Shown here in pieces: positions 19,082 through 28,552 of a stretch of DNA of 64,000 nt; the stretch's first letter is position 1, and each line of letters begins with the position of its first letter. The translations under genes were made by a program, and so were the position numbers. The DNA lies in contig JALHMH010000002.1 in assembly GCA_022844165.1 (NCBI GenBank), positions 32,001-96,000 on the forward strand, given 5' to 3'. The notes under the pieces are model-generated. The model was not told the origin of the DNA. It made no database searches and saw only the letters and a list, made by a program, of their open reading frames with translations. This DNA comes from Lysobacterales bacterium (GTDB lineage Bacteria; Pseudomonadota; Gammaproteobacteria; Xanthomonadales; SZUA-5).

Positions 19082-21019
19082 ATGGCCAGCCCGTTCGACA
19101 AACGCGCAGTAGAGAAGGTCCGCTACGACCACGCCTTGCTACCCTACGTGGCCCCGGCGCCATTTGACATGCACCTGCGTCCGCATGCTGAGAGCGACGC
19201 GTTGTTTGATCGCCTGGTGATCGTAAGTGGCACGCCAGGGAGCGGTAAGACCACGTTGGCACATCTGTTCCGGCTGCCGACGCTTCGAACGCTTCAGGAT
19301 ATGGCTGAGACGTCGCCGCAGCTGGGCGATCTCCGTGACGCGCTGGCAAATTGCAAGGCATACGAAGGCAAGGTCCCGCGCGTTGCCGGGTCTCGCCTGT
19401 CGATGGAGGCAGTGTATCGCGACTGCTGGGAATGTCCGTACGATCCACCGATTCGTCACCGCCTGTTGCGATCGTTGATCAACGCTCGCGCGATGCTCAT
19501 TTGGATGCAGGGTTTCACCGACGCCAAGATTCCGCTGGAATCGGTCCATCTAGTGGGCCGCCGTGGCACGCCCGGCGAACTCGATAGCATCGGGGGTGAA
19601 ACGGCACGCGAGGCCAGGGATAGGGCCATCGCGGTCGAGCGCGCCGTCATCCGGGTGTGTGGCGCCCTGCTGCCTCCATCGATGGACCAGTTTCCGCCCG
19701 AGCTCAACGATGCATATGCCCCGATCGACCTGCTGGACCGCTTTACGGTGCCGCTCGAAGATCGGGACTGCGAGATCCTGCCGCTGCTGGTGCTCGATGA
19801 CTTACAGCATCTGCACGTGGAGCAGCAGAAGTATTTGATGCGCTGGCTAGCGGGGCGCGAGGTGCGCATTGCCCGCTGGATGCTTACGCGATTCGACTCC
19901 TTCGGTCCGGAGCAGATTTTGTACGGCAAGCCCATGGCACAGGGGCTAGCGGATGCGACAGAACCCGGCGTGCAGTTGGGGCGCGATGTCCTCGAAATCA
20001 GGCTCCAGAGCGAACGCGGCAAGTCGCGCACAGACTTTCGAAGGGTCGCACAGCAGTTGTGCAAGCGTTACCTGGCGCAAATCCCCGTCATGCAGACTCG
20101 TGGTGCGACGGATATTCGGCAAATGCTCGAGGAGCGTCTTGAAAACATCACCAAGGCACAGCTGAAGGCCGCCGACGCTGCGATGGAGCAGGTGATCAAG
20201 ACCGCCCACTTGCCGGCAGTCCGGGTCAGGGACATCAGACAACACGTCAGCATTTACCTGGAGGACCGGGCCGTGCGGGGCGTTGAGGCCGAGGCGGTGG
20301 GGCGAGCGATGACGGCCATCCTGGTTAGTCGGCAAGGTAAGAAGGTGCGCCAAAGTTCCATTTTCGATGGTGAGGTCGACGCGGAGATCGAGGACCACAT
20401 CGTGCGCCCAACGTCCAGTGTCGAGCACGGAGCCCGCGTTCACCTGTGGCATAAAGCCGAGATCCCCTACTTGTACGGCTTCGAAAACCTCGCCGACCTG
20501 GCCAACGAGAATACCGAGCGTTTTTTGGATTTTGCCGGACAACTGGTCAACCTGCTCCTCACGCGGGTGATCCGATCAGCCGAAGCCCGGCTGGCTCCAA
20601 TGCAGCAGTTCAACGCCTTGCGCACGCATTCGCAGGCGATGATCGCTGGCTGGAATTTTCCTGAGTCCAGCCTGGTCCGCCAACTGGCAAGCGGAATCGC
20701 CGAGGAGTGCGTGGAAAAGTCGCTCGAGCCCAACGCTAGCTTGGGCGGAGGCGCTAGCGCCTTCGGGATCCCAATGACAGAGTTCATCCGCATTGCGCAA
20801 GACCAGCCGGACCTGGCGCGCATATTGCAGTTCGGTGTCGCGTACAACGTGTTCGCGCTGACGCCGGACCAACGGGCGAAGAACAAGGACTGGTGTCTGA
20901 TCGAACTGTCGGGTCCGGTCCTTCTTTCGCACGGGCTGACCCTCCAGCGAGGAGGCTTTCTCGAGCGCCGCGTGGCGGACATGGAGCGAATCGTGAAGCG
21001 CGAGGAGGGCCGGGCATGA
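19082..21019 (+). CDS. ORC/CDC6-like P-loop ATPase
   Basis: Walker A GTPGSGKT, Walker B LLVLDD, long helical C-terminus; start re-called at MASPF. Confidence 0.75.
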   Translation: MASPFDKRAVEKVRYDHALLPYVAPAPFDMHLRPHAESDALFDRLVIVSGTPGSGKTTLAHLFRLPTLRTLQDMAETSPQLGDLRDALANCKAYEGKVPRVAGSRLSMEAVYRDCWECPYDPPIRHRLLRSLINARAMLIWMQGFTDAKIPLESVHLVGRRGTPGELDSIGGETAREARDRAIAVERAVIRVCGALLPPSMDQFPPELNDAYAPIDLLDRFTVPLEDRDCEILPLLVLDDLQHLHVEQQKYLMRWLAGREVRIARWMLTRFDSFGPEQILYGKPMAQGLADATEPGVQLGRDVLEIRLQSERGKSRTDFRRVAQQLCKRYLAQIPVMQTRGATDIRQMLEERLENITKAQLKAADAAMEQVIKTAHLPAVRVRDIRQHVSIYLEDRAVRGVEAEAVGRAMTAILVSRQGKKVRQSSIFDGEVDAEIEDHIVRPTSSVEHGARVHLWHKAEIPYLYGFENLADLANENTERFLDFAGQLVNLLLTRVIRSAEARLAPMQQFNALRTHSQAMIAGWNFPESSLVRQLASGIAEECVEKSLEPNASLGGGASAFGIPMTEFIRIAQDQPDLARILQFGVAYNVFALTPDQRAKNKDWCLIELSGPVLLSHGLTLQRGGFLERRVADMERIVKREEGRA

Positions 21020-22089
21020 GTCCACGCTGGGATCCGTGCATCTCGCACCGAGACGATGCAGCCCGGCAGTTCATCGCTGACTACTTCAGTCAGATCGATC
21101 GCGACGTGCTGCTTGTGTGCGGTGCCGGCTTCGATCCGCGGGCCACCACGAACGCGACACTCTTGCAAATGGCGGCCCCAGGGCGCCTGCGGGCGCACCT
21201 CATCCGAGAACACCGCCCGCGGCCGGATGTGCCGTTGTTGCGCAACGCCGATACCAATCAGGCCGCGCTCCAAGCGCTGATGCCTCGCAGCCAGGTCCAT
21301 CGGGTCGACATCTTCTCTGAAGACGAGAAGACGGTAGTGGCGGGAAAGCGCGTCGTTGACATGTTTCACCGGCTGCCTCTGGCCGGCGCAACCGATATCG
21401 TGGTCGATGTGAGCGCACTTTCGACGGGTGTCAGTTTCCCGCTGATCCGGTACCTGGTGGGCCGGGCCGATACGACGGCGGGGTTTCCCAATGTGCATGT
21501 CTTGGCGCTCACCAGTCCGACGACTGACGATGCGGTACGCACCGAGCTCATGGACCAGCATCAGATGGTTCCGGGCTTCGGTGAAGAGCTGATGACCACC
21601 GCGGGAGCGAATAGGCCCAAATTGTGGCTGCCGCAATTGGGCAAACGAGCGACTTCGGCATTGGACGTCATTCAAAATCGCATGCGCTTCGACGAGATTT
21701 GCCCGATCTTGCCGTTCCCAGCGCGCAGTCCCCGAGCCGTGGAAGAGTTGGTCGAAGCCTATCGCGTCCAAATCTCCGAGACCTGGTTGGTCGACGATCG
21801 CGACCTTCTATATGCGGCGGAGGATGATCCGCTTGACCTGTACCGCACAATTCTGCGGATTGACACGCTGCGCGGTGCGGCGTTCCGGATCGAAGGCGGC
21901 TCGATGACAGTCCTGTCGCCGCTGGGGACCAAGGCGATGGCCTTGGGTGCGCTGCTGGCGGCGCTGGAACGCGACTTACCTATCGTTTATGTCGAGGCTC
22001 AGCGGTATAAGATGGCGCATCTGCCCGGGGTCCAGGCGTACGGCCTGATTCACCTCTGGCTCACCGGTCAGGCGTACCCTGCCCCATAG
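21016..22089 (+). CDS. Hypothetical protein, possibly tandem Rossmann/CARF-like
   Basis: 357 aa from MSPRW (ATGA overlap); motifs GAGFDPR, IVVDVS, SPLGTKAMALG. Confidence 0.7.
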   Translation: MSPRWDPCISHRDDAARQFIADYFSQIDRDVLLVCGAGFDPRATTNATLLQMAAPGRLRAHLIREHRPRPDVPLLRNADTNQAALQALMPRSQVHRVDIFSEDEKTVVAGKRVVDMFHRLPLAGATDIVVDVSALSTGVSFPLIRYLVGRADTTAGFPNVHVLALTSPTTDDAVRTELMDQHQMVPGFGEELMTTAGANRPKLWLPQLGKRATSALDVIQNRMRFDEICPILPFPARSPRAVEELVEAYRVQISETWLVDDRDLLYAAEDDPLDLYRTILRIDTLRGAAFRIEGGSMTVLSPLGTKAMALGALLAALERDLPIVYVEAQRYKMAHLPGVQAYGLIHLWLTGQAYPAP

Positions 22090-22110
22090 CCTTCGCAACG
22101 GACTTGCCGC

Positions 22111-23106
22111 ATGCCACGCCTCGTCGGAACGGGCCTCCTTGCGCTTGACCTGATCGTGCAACACGATGCCGACGGCCAGCGACTTTCGGCCAGCGGCGGC
22201 GGGACCTGCGGCAACGTGTTGGCCATCCTGGCGCGGTTGGGCTGGCAAGCAAGTTGGCTAGGTGCTATGGAGCCATCGGCGTCCGGTCGCATCGTGCTCG
22301 ACGAGATGCATCGTGGCGGCGTTCGTACGCACATCAGCCGAGAAGTCGCGCCCGCTCCGATATTTGCGCACCACATCCACACGGATGCCAACGGGCACGC
22401 AAGGCACTGGTTTTCCGACGCATGTCCAGTCTGCTCCCGACGCCTGCCGCGCTACGCGCGCCCGTCCGATGCGTGGCTGCGCCGCCAGTCAAGTCACGTG
22501 CGTGACGCCGATGTGTTCTTCGCGGATCGGCTTTCGGCCGGCGCGCTGGATCTCGCCCAACTGGCACACGAGCGCGGCGCACTGGTGGTTTACGAGCCAT
22601 CGAGCGCGTCCGATGCGCCTTGGATGGCGGACATGATGGCGATCGCGGACGTGGTGAAATTTTCGAGCGATCGCGCGAGTGCGTTGCGAGGCAAGGCACC
22701 GCCCAACCAGCGGGTGCTGTGGGTTGAAACCCGCGGAAATGAAGGCTTGCGTTGGTCGCTTGGGCGTGCGGGCGCGCTCAACGCCGTCACGGCTGCCGTC
22801 CACAATTCTGCGGCGATTGACGCGTGTGGCGCGGGCGATTGGTTTACCAGTGCGCTGCTCTTCGGTCTGGCACAGGCGCAGAAAAAACCTGCAGACCTGA
22901 CTTTTGATCAATTGGCGGCCTTGATGCAGCGTGCCGCCGGTGTGGCCGCATGGAGCTGTGGCTTCCTGGGCGCGCGAGGCGGCCTGTACGACGCGCCCGT
23001 GCGCGCTCTCTTTGACCAGTTGCACGCCACTCCATCTCACGCCCCGGCGCCTTTGCCAAGGCCGATTCCCCGGGTTGATGCCGCAGACCATTGCGTTTAC
23101 GCCTGA
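22111..23106 (+). CDS. PfkB family carbohydrate/nucleoside kinase
   Basis: GGGTCGNV..LARLG and DACGAGDWF signatures; CPVC insert. Confidence 0.9.
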   Translation: MPRLVGTGLLALDLIVQHDADGQRLSASGGGTCGNVLAILARLGWQASWLGAMEPSASGRIVLDEMHRGGVRTHISREVAPAPIFAHHIHTDANGHARHWFSDACPVCSRRLPRYARPSDAWLRRQSSHVRDADVFFADRLSAGALDLAQLAHERGALVVYEPSSASDAPWMADMMAIADVVKFSSDRASALRGKAPPNQRVLWVETRGNEGLRWSLGRAGALNAVTAAVHNSAAIDACGAGDWFTSALLFGLAQAQKKPADLTFDQLAALMQRAAGVAAWSCGFLGARGGLYDAPVRALFDQLHATPSHAPAPLPRPIPRVDAADHCVYA

Positions 23107-23110
23107 GGCG

Positions 23111-23458
23111 CTAGCCCGCCGCCTCCAAGTCCAAAAGATCGGCCACGGCCCGCAGGACCGCGGCCGTGGCGCTGGCTGAGCCGGCACCGCGCAGAGCTCG
23201 CAAGTGATGCTCAAGCGCGTTCGAGCCAGCCTGAGCGGTCGGACATTGCGAATTAACGAAAATATCGAGTCTTTTCAGCGTTGGGGTCCATGCTGGCGGA
23301 TCGGCGTTGAGTGCGCGCAGGACTGCGCTAGCGCTGACGTCGATTTTGCCCGCCAGCGCGGTAGGAGACAGCCCAGTCTTCTGCAGAAAATCCCTCACCG
23401 CTGCTACTGTTGCGATCGCGTTTTCATCGCTTGTCGAAGGAGTCCGGCCGCGCGGCAT
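23111..23458 (-). CDS. XRE-like HTH regulator
   Basis: LSPTALAGKIDVSASAVLRAL HTH; divergent from NADAR. Confidence 0.65.
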   Translation of the reverse strand: MPRGRTPSTSDENAIATVAAVRDFLQKTGLSPTALAGKIDVSASAVLRALNADPPAWTPTLKRLDIFVNSQCPTAQAGSNALEHHLRALRGAGSASATAAVLRAVADLLDLEAAG

Positions 23459-23472
23459 GCGAGATGTTCCAC

Positions 23473-23504
23473 TTGACTATTTCAACTATTAATGCAATTA
23501 ATAG
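23473..23504. promoter_or_regulatory. Divergent AT-rich promoter with palindromic operator
   Basis: TTGACT at 23473; perfect palindrome CTATTAAT-GCA-ATTAATAG 23486-23504. Confidence 0.65.
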
Positions 23505-23521
23505 CACATTTATAGCAATAA

Positions 23522-24031
23522 ATGCAAACCATGCCGAGCGAGATCCAGTTCTACCGGGCCAATGAGCGCCCCTACGGCGCTTTCAGCAACCTTTACCGCC
23601 GCGATTTCGAGTTCGAAGACGAGGTATTTCCGACGGCCGAGCACGCTTACCAAGCTGGGAAGGCGCGAAAGCCTGAGGTCCGTGCTTGGCTCATGGCAGC
23701 GCCTTCCCCGGCGCTGCTGGCCATGGCGGCCCATGGCCTCTACTACTGGGACATCTCTCCGGGCTGGTCTACGAAGAAGTTCGATCGGATGAAACGAATC
23801 CTGCAAGCGAAGTTCTCGCAGCACACGGATCTGAGGCACCTCCTCTTGGGCACTGGCGACGTGAGGCTAGTTGAGTCTGCGACGGTGGATTCCGCGGTCA
23901 ACCGGCTTTGGGGCGAAGTCAATGGTGTGGGGAAGAACAAGCTTGGCCAGTTGCTGATGGAAGTTCGCGCCGAGCTTCGCGAAACGCACGGCAGCACGCA
24001 CACGCGCGAGCTACAGCTGGCGAGCGCCTGA
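23522..24031 (+). CDS. NADAR (YbiA-like) family protein
   Basis: FSNLY, TAEHAYQAGK, AKFSQH, LLGTGD.RLVES, WG..GKNKLGQLLMEVR. Confidence 0.9.
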   Translation: MQTMPSEIQFYRANERPYGAFSNLYRRDFEFEDEVFPTAEHAYQAGKARKPEVRAWLMAAPSPALLAMAAHGLYYWDISPGWSTKKFDRMKRILQAKFSQHTDLRHLLLGTGDVRLVESATVDSAVNRLWGEVNGVGKNKLGQLLMEVRAELRETHGSTHTRELQLASA

Positions 24032-24100
24032 CACGGCTCCAGCCAGTTTGGGGGCCATGGGCATCAATAAAGGGGCGCCGTGTGGCTGGCCCAAAGTGGG

Positions 24101-24499
24101 TCACGTGTGCTCGGCTATCACCGAATTCAACGCCCCATTCCACCGCCTCCAAGCCGTCGTCCGATCACACCCCATCCAGACGCAGATGTCCTTCCACGGC
24201 TCATGGCTGGCGCGCTTCCATAGTAGATGCCGCTGATCTTCTTCGAGCGCGCTGACCCACTCGAAGCAGGCGAGCATGCGGTCGATGGCGGCGCCGCTGG
24301 GTGGGAAGAACACGGGCTTGTCGTCGGCTGCGAACTTTTCGCTGGCGCTGCGCGGGATCTGGGGCCAGATCGAGGCGTAGCCGCGGGGGCCGGCGGGTGG
24401 GAGTTTGCGGGCGGTGCGTGAGGCTTCTTCGAGCATGGCGGCGAGTTCCTTGGTGGTTGCCGGCATGCGGATCTTGGTGACGGGGCGGGTGAGGCTCAT
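24101..24499 (-). CDS. DUF6362-like protein, putative late-gene regulator
   Basis: EEASRTARKLP..GYASIWP; C-terminal HTH WKDICVWMGCDRTTAWRRW; last early gene (lambda Q position). Confidence 0.7.
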   Translation of the reverse strand: MSLTRPVTKIRMPATTKELAAMLEEASRTARKLPPAGPRGYASIWPQIPRSASEKFAADDKPVFFPPSGAAIDRMLACFEWVSALEEDQRHLLWKRASHEPWKDICVWMGCDRTTAWRRWNGALNSVIAEHT

Positions 24500-24978
24500 G
24501 CAGCCTCCTTGGCGTTGGCTGCCTTGGCGCGCGCCGAGACGCACAGCAGCAGCGCGATCGCGTCGGCCTCGTTGTCGTCCTTTGGTGCAAACCCGCGCCG
24601 CTCGACCGCAGCGATTACCGCGGCTTTGTTGGCGTTGCCGCTGCCCGTCACCGAGCGCTTGATCGTGCCGACTGGCACGCCGGCATAGGGGATCTGGTGT
24701 TGCTCGCACCAGGCGCTCAGCTGACCCAGCAGTCCGCCATAGACGTGGGCTGCGTCGACGCCTTGATGCCGGCGCACTTCCTCGAAACGGACCTCGCCGA
24801 TCGCGGTCAGTTGGTGCATCTCATCGAGCCAGCGACGAAAGCGCAGGTAGCGCATGCCGCCGCCCTCAAATCGCTGCGGCCGAAAACTCTGCGTACCGCT
24901 GGTGACGGCGCCGCCGGGGTTGGCAATCGCCCAGCCGGTTTGGGTGCCTAGGTCGAGTGCCAGGATCGTGGGGTTCAT
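24496..24978 (-). CDS. RuvC-like Holliday junction resolvase
   Basis: ILALDLGTQTGWA, FEEV, DNEADA. Confidence 0.85.
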   Translation of the reverse strand: MNPTILALDLGTQTGWAIANPGGAVTSGTQSFRPQRFEGGGMRYLRFRRWLDEMHQLTAIGEVRFEEVRRHQGVDAAHVYGGLLGQLSAWCEQHQIPYAGVPVGTIKRSVTGSGNANKAAVIAAVERRGFAPKDDNEADAIALLLCVSARAKAANAKEAA

Positions 24979-24996
24979 GGTGTCCTCCGGGTAGGG

Positions 24997-27318
24997 TCAG
25001 TCGTCGCGGTAGGGCAGCGGGCCGACGGGTTTGGGGCGTAACGAGATGCCGACAAATCCGCGCGTGCCGCCGCTGAACTTGGCGCGCTCGAATCGGCGGT
25101 TGGTCAGGAGTTCGGAGAAGCGCTTGATCGAGCCGGCGAACTCGCCGGCCTTCTCGGCCCAAGTGCGCCAGTCCTCAAACAGATCCGCGGCGGTGGCGCG
25201 CGCGACGCGTTCGACGAAGCAGCGATCCTCGATCCAGCGACCCAGCGCGTCTTCGCTTTCGAAGTAGTCGTCGGTGGCCTCGACCACGCAGCGTGGCGGG
25301 CGCAGGCCCTTGCGTTGCCACGCCAGGCAACCCTCGACCATCCAGGCGAGCACTGCATCGCGCTCGCGCCAGATCTTGTCTTCGAGTTGTTTGTCGCGCC
25401 GGTCGGGCGGCACGGTGATGGTGAACGGGATCAGCTGCAGGCGGCGGCGCATGGCCTCGTCGAGGTTGCGGATCGAGGGCTTGTGATTGCCGGCGATCAG
25501 CAACTTGAACTGCGGGATGTACTCGAAGAAGTCCTGGCGCATGAACCGCGCCGAGACCTTGTCGCCGCCGGTCAGCGTCTTGATCTTGCTTTCGTTCCAG
25601 CGCCGACCCTGTTCGGTTTCGACCGAGGACACCAGGCGCGCGCCGCGCAGACCCGCAAGGTCGGTCGGGTGCCGATCCGATCGGGTCTCCATGAACATCT
25701 CCATTGGCGCGTGCGTGGCGTACTCCGCCAGCAAGGCGCTCAGCGTGTTGACGAACACGCTCTTGCCGTTGGCGCCCGTACCATAGAGGAAGAACAGCGC
25801 GTGTTCGCTGGTCTTGCCGGTCAGGCAGTAGCCGCAGATGCGCTGCAGGTAGTCGATCAACTCGCTGTCGCCACCGGTGCACTCGACCAGGAACTTGCGC
25901 CAGGTCGGACATGCGCCAGCGTCACCCAAGCGCGCGGCCGCCAGCTTGGTCATGCGGTCGGCGCGGTCATGAGGCCGCACGCTGCCGTTGCGTAGGTCGA
26001 CGACGCCACCCAACGTGTTCAGCAACCAGGGATCGGCGTCCCATTCGTCCGCATTGGCGGCGTGCAGGCGATCGCTGCGGGCCAAGCGTTCGACGCCGGC
26101 GACGGTACCGCTCGCTGCCAGCTTGGCCGCGAGTCGCGGCGAGTCCGCCTCCAGGGCGTGCTGGCGACAGACCGCGCGGATCAGGTCGGTGGCGCGCAGC
26201 GTGGCTTCGGGTACCCAGCGCATGCCGGTCCACACCAGCCACTGACCCCAGGCCGCCACATAGCGCCAGTCCGGCGCGTAGCGCGCGGTGAAGTGCAGCG
26301 CCATGCCGTCTTCGGTGCCCCAGACCGCGGCTGGTGTCTGTGCCGCGTTGTCCGATGCGCCGGGCAAGTCCGGCCCCTGAATCGCCATGCGCTCAGCGTC
26401 GCGAATGAACGCCGGCACATCGACTTGCTCGACGACCGCGTCGGCGCAGTCCCAACCCTCACTGCGGTCCTCCGGCGGCAGAAGAATCGCGCAACTGCGC
26501 GCGCCGACCGCGACGATGGCCTCGCTGGCGGCGATTGCGTAGTCCCAGCCCGGACTGTCCTTGTCGGGCCAGATCAGCACGTCCTTGCCGGCCAGCGGCG
26601 ACCAGTCCGTCTTGTCGACCGGGGCGCGGGCACCGTGCATAGCGGTGGTCGCGCAAAGTCCCAGATCGATCAGCGCCTGTGCGCATTTCTCGCCCTCGAC
26701 CAGGACGATGGTCTCGGCGCGCGCCAGCGCCGGCTGGTTGTACAGCGGCCGTGGATCCAACCCTTCGAACCGGCCCGTGCGCACGTTCCAAGGCCTGAAC
26801 TCCTTGCGACCGGGCTCGGGCTCATAGCGATAGACGCACGCCAGCAACGCGCCGTCGGCGGCCAGATAGTCCCACTTGGCGGTTGGCGGCCCGAGGTCCG
26901 GCGCGTCGACTGAGCGTGTGCGAGCACGTTGTGGCGCCGCTCGAACCGACACCGAATCGCTCAAGTCCGTAGGCGCTGTACCCAACCACTGCGCCGCGCG
27001 CTCCAGCACCTCCCGAAAATCACTCCTTGCCGACAGTCCCTGCGCCTGCGCAAACAACTCGATGTGATCGCCACCCTGCGAGGTGGCGAAGTCATACCAC
27101 TGCCCGCGCTTGGGTCCATCCAGCGACACCGACAGCGAGTCGCCCGGCTCGCCGCGCGCATTGCCGATCTGGAACTTGCCCGCGCGGAACACGCCCGCCG
27201 GCAGATAGGTGCGCAGCATCGATTCCAGTCGATCGAGCAGACCGTCGCGGATCGAGTCCGCGTCGATGCTGCGCCGCGTCGGCTCCGCCGCGTCATTGAA
27301 GTCCAGCACCTGGGTCAT
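24997..27318 (-). CDS. Primase-helicase, P4/D5 family
   Basis: Toprim VEGEK/WPDKD; SF3 helicase GTGANGKS, KTLTGGD. Confidence 0.92.
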   Translation of the reverse strand: MTQVLDFNDAAEPTRRSIDADSIRDGLLDRLESMLRTYLPAGVFRAGKFQIGNARGEPGDSLSVSLDGPKRGQWYDFATSQGGDHIELFAQAQGLSARSDFREVLERAAQWLGTAPTDLSDSVSVRAAPQRARTRSVDAPDLGPPTAKWDYLAADGALLACVYRYEPEPGRKEFRPWNVRTGRFEGLDPRPLYNQPALARAETIVLVEGEKCAQALIDLGLCATTAMHGARAPVDKTDWSPLAGKDVLIWPDKDSPGWDYAIAASEAIVAVGARSCAILLPPEDRSEGWDCADAVVEQVDVPAFIRDAERMAIQGPDLPGASDNAAQTPAAVWGTEDGMALHFTARYAPDWRYVAAWGQWLVWTGMRWVPEATLRATDLIRAVCRQHALEADSPRLAAKLAASGTVAGVERLARSDRLHAANADEWDADPWLLNTLGGVVDLRNGSVRPHDRADRMTKLAAARLGDAGACPTWRKFLVECTGGDSELIDYLQRICGYCLTGKTSEHALFFLYGTGANGKSVFVNTLSALLAEYATHAPMEMFMETRSDRHPTDLAGLRGARLVSSVETEQGRRWNESKIKTLTGGDKVSARFMRQDFFEYIPQFKLLIAGNHKPSIRNLDEAMRRRLQLIPFTITVPPDRRDKQLEDKIWRERDAVLAWMVEGCLAWQRKGLRPPRCVVEATDDYFESEDALGRWIEDRCFVERVARATAADLFEDWRTWAEKAGEFAGSIKRFSELLTNRRFERAKFSGGTRGFVGISLRPKPVGPLPYRDD

Positions 27319-28070
27319 CGCTGACTCCAGCAGCGATCCTGGAACGCGCAGGACTTGCAGACAAAGTGCGTCGACGACGTCGCGCAGCGCGGTAGCAACT
27401 CGTGCGCTGCGGTGGCGTCGAGCACGCGCACGGCGCGATCGCTCATGCGCTGCGCCAGCTCCGCATCAAACTCGACAGACTCGAAGTGCAGCGACTGGTT
27501 GTCTTTGTTGATCGCGGTGAACAGCGCCGGATTGGCACTGATGCCCGGGATCAGGGGTTCCAGGTAGGCCTGGTAGAGCGCGATTTGCGCCGCATAGACC
27601 GGCTTGGAGCGCGCGACGCCGTGTTTGACGGTGTCCTTCCAGCTGGCGTCGTGCATGGTCTTGCATTCCCACAGCATCGGCAGCGCACATCCAAAATGCG
27701 CAGGCGCCGCCACCACGATGCCGTCGACATGGCCGCGAAGGCGTCCGCCTGCCGCCGCGAACCCGATCTGATCGCCGCCCTCGGTGCGCGTCACGAGATC
27801 AAACCCGGCCGCGCGCAGCCAGCGAATGGCCAGATCCTCGAACATATGACCGGCATCGAACACGCGCAGCAGCGAGCCTTTGAACTCGCGCCCGGCGTCG
27901 GCCGGTGCCCCGGCGTATTCATACTGCAGTTGCCGCTCGCAGGCGGCGCCGACACGCCTGGCGCCAAGGTAATCCCGCGGCGTCTGGGCGGCACGTTCTG
28001 CCTGCAGCGCCGTGTCGATGGCAGCGCTGATCTGCTCGGACAGGGTCGGTCGATGATTGAAGTCGAGCAT
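27315..28070 (-). CDS. PD-(D/E)XK (Cas4-like) exonuclease
   Basis: GHVDG, WECKT, QIALY, N-terminal Cys plus CKSC..C cluster. Confidence 0.8.
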   Translation of the reverse strand: MLDFNHRPTLSEQISAAIDTALQAERAAQTPRDYLGARRVGAACERQLQYEYAGAPADAGREFKGSLLRVFDAGHMFEDLAIRWLRAAGFDLVTRTEGGDQIGFAAAGGRLRGHVDGIVVAAPAHFGCALPMLWECKTMHDASWKDTVKHGVARSKPVYAAQIALYQAYLEPLIPGISANPALFTAINKDNQSLHFESVEFDAELAQRMSDRAVRVLDATAAHELLPRCATSSTHFVCKSCAFQDRCWSQR

Positions 28071-28552
28071 CAGAAGGGCGCCTCGTCGTCTGGGTGCGTC
28101 AGGCCCCGTGCCGCAAAGTGCGCGCGTTCGATGGCCAGCGTTTCCTCGCCAACCTGGCGCATGGCGGACTGGTAGGCGCTGACGATCGCCTGCACCAAGC
28201 GCAGGATTTCTGGTTTGGAGTAGTCGGCCAGCGCGCGCTCCATGCCGATCTCGGCGACCACATCGCCGAGCGCGCCCAGGCAGCGTTCGCGCGCCTGCGC
28301 TTCCATCTTCTGCATGCGGTCAGGTGCCAACATGGGTACCTCCCACTGCTGACACAGCGCGATGTAGACGCTTGAGCAGGTCATCGAGCAGAACCGTGCT
28401 GACCGCATCGCTATCGGTGTCCGGTTCAACCTCCGCCAAGTGTCGCTGGTGGGCTGATAGCGCAGCCCAGAGGCTGGACTGCTGCAGATCGCGCAACTGA
28501 GGCGCGGCGGCGATGAATTCGACTCGGGGAAAGGTATCGAGGATGAGCGCAT
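28070..28552 (-). CDS. Hypothetical phage protein (DUF6511-like)
   Basis: CAIC...FCSMTC zinc finger, ends DDEAPF. Confidence 0.65.
   Translation of the reverse strand: MRSSSIPFPESNSSPPRLSCAICSSPASGLRYQPTSDTWRRLNRTPIAMRSARFCSMTCSSVYIALCQQWEVPMLAPDRMQKMEAQARERCLGALGDVVAEIGMERALADYSKPEILRLVQAIVSAYQSAMRQVGEETLAIERAHFAARGLTHPDDEAPF

Noticed and set aside
27315-28070. Cas4-like nuclease suggesting CRISPR
   Set aside because: Sits in the phage replication module; no cas1/cas2 or repeat-spacer array seen
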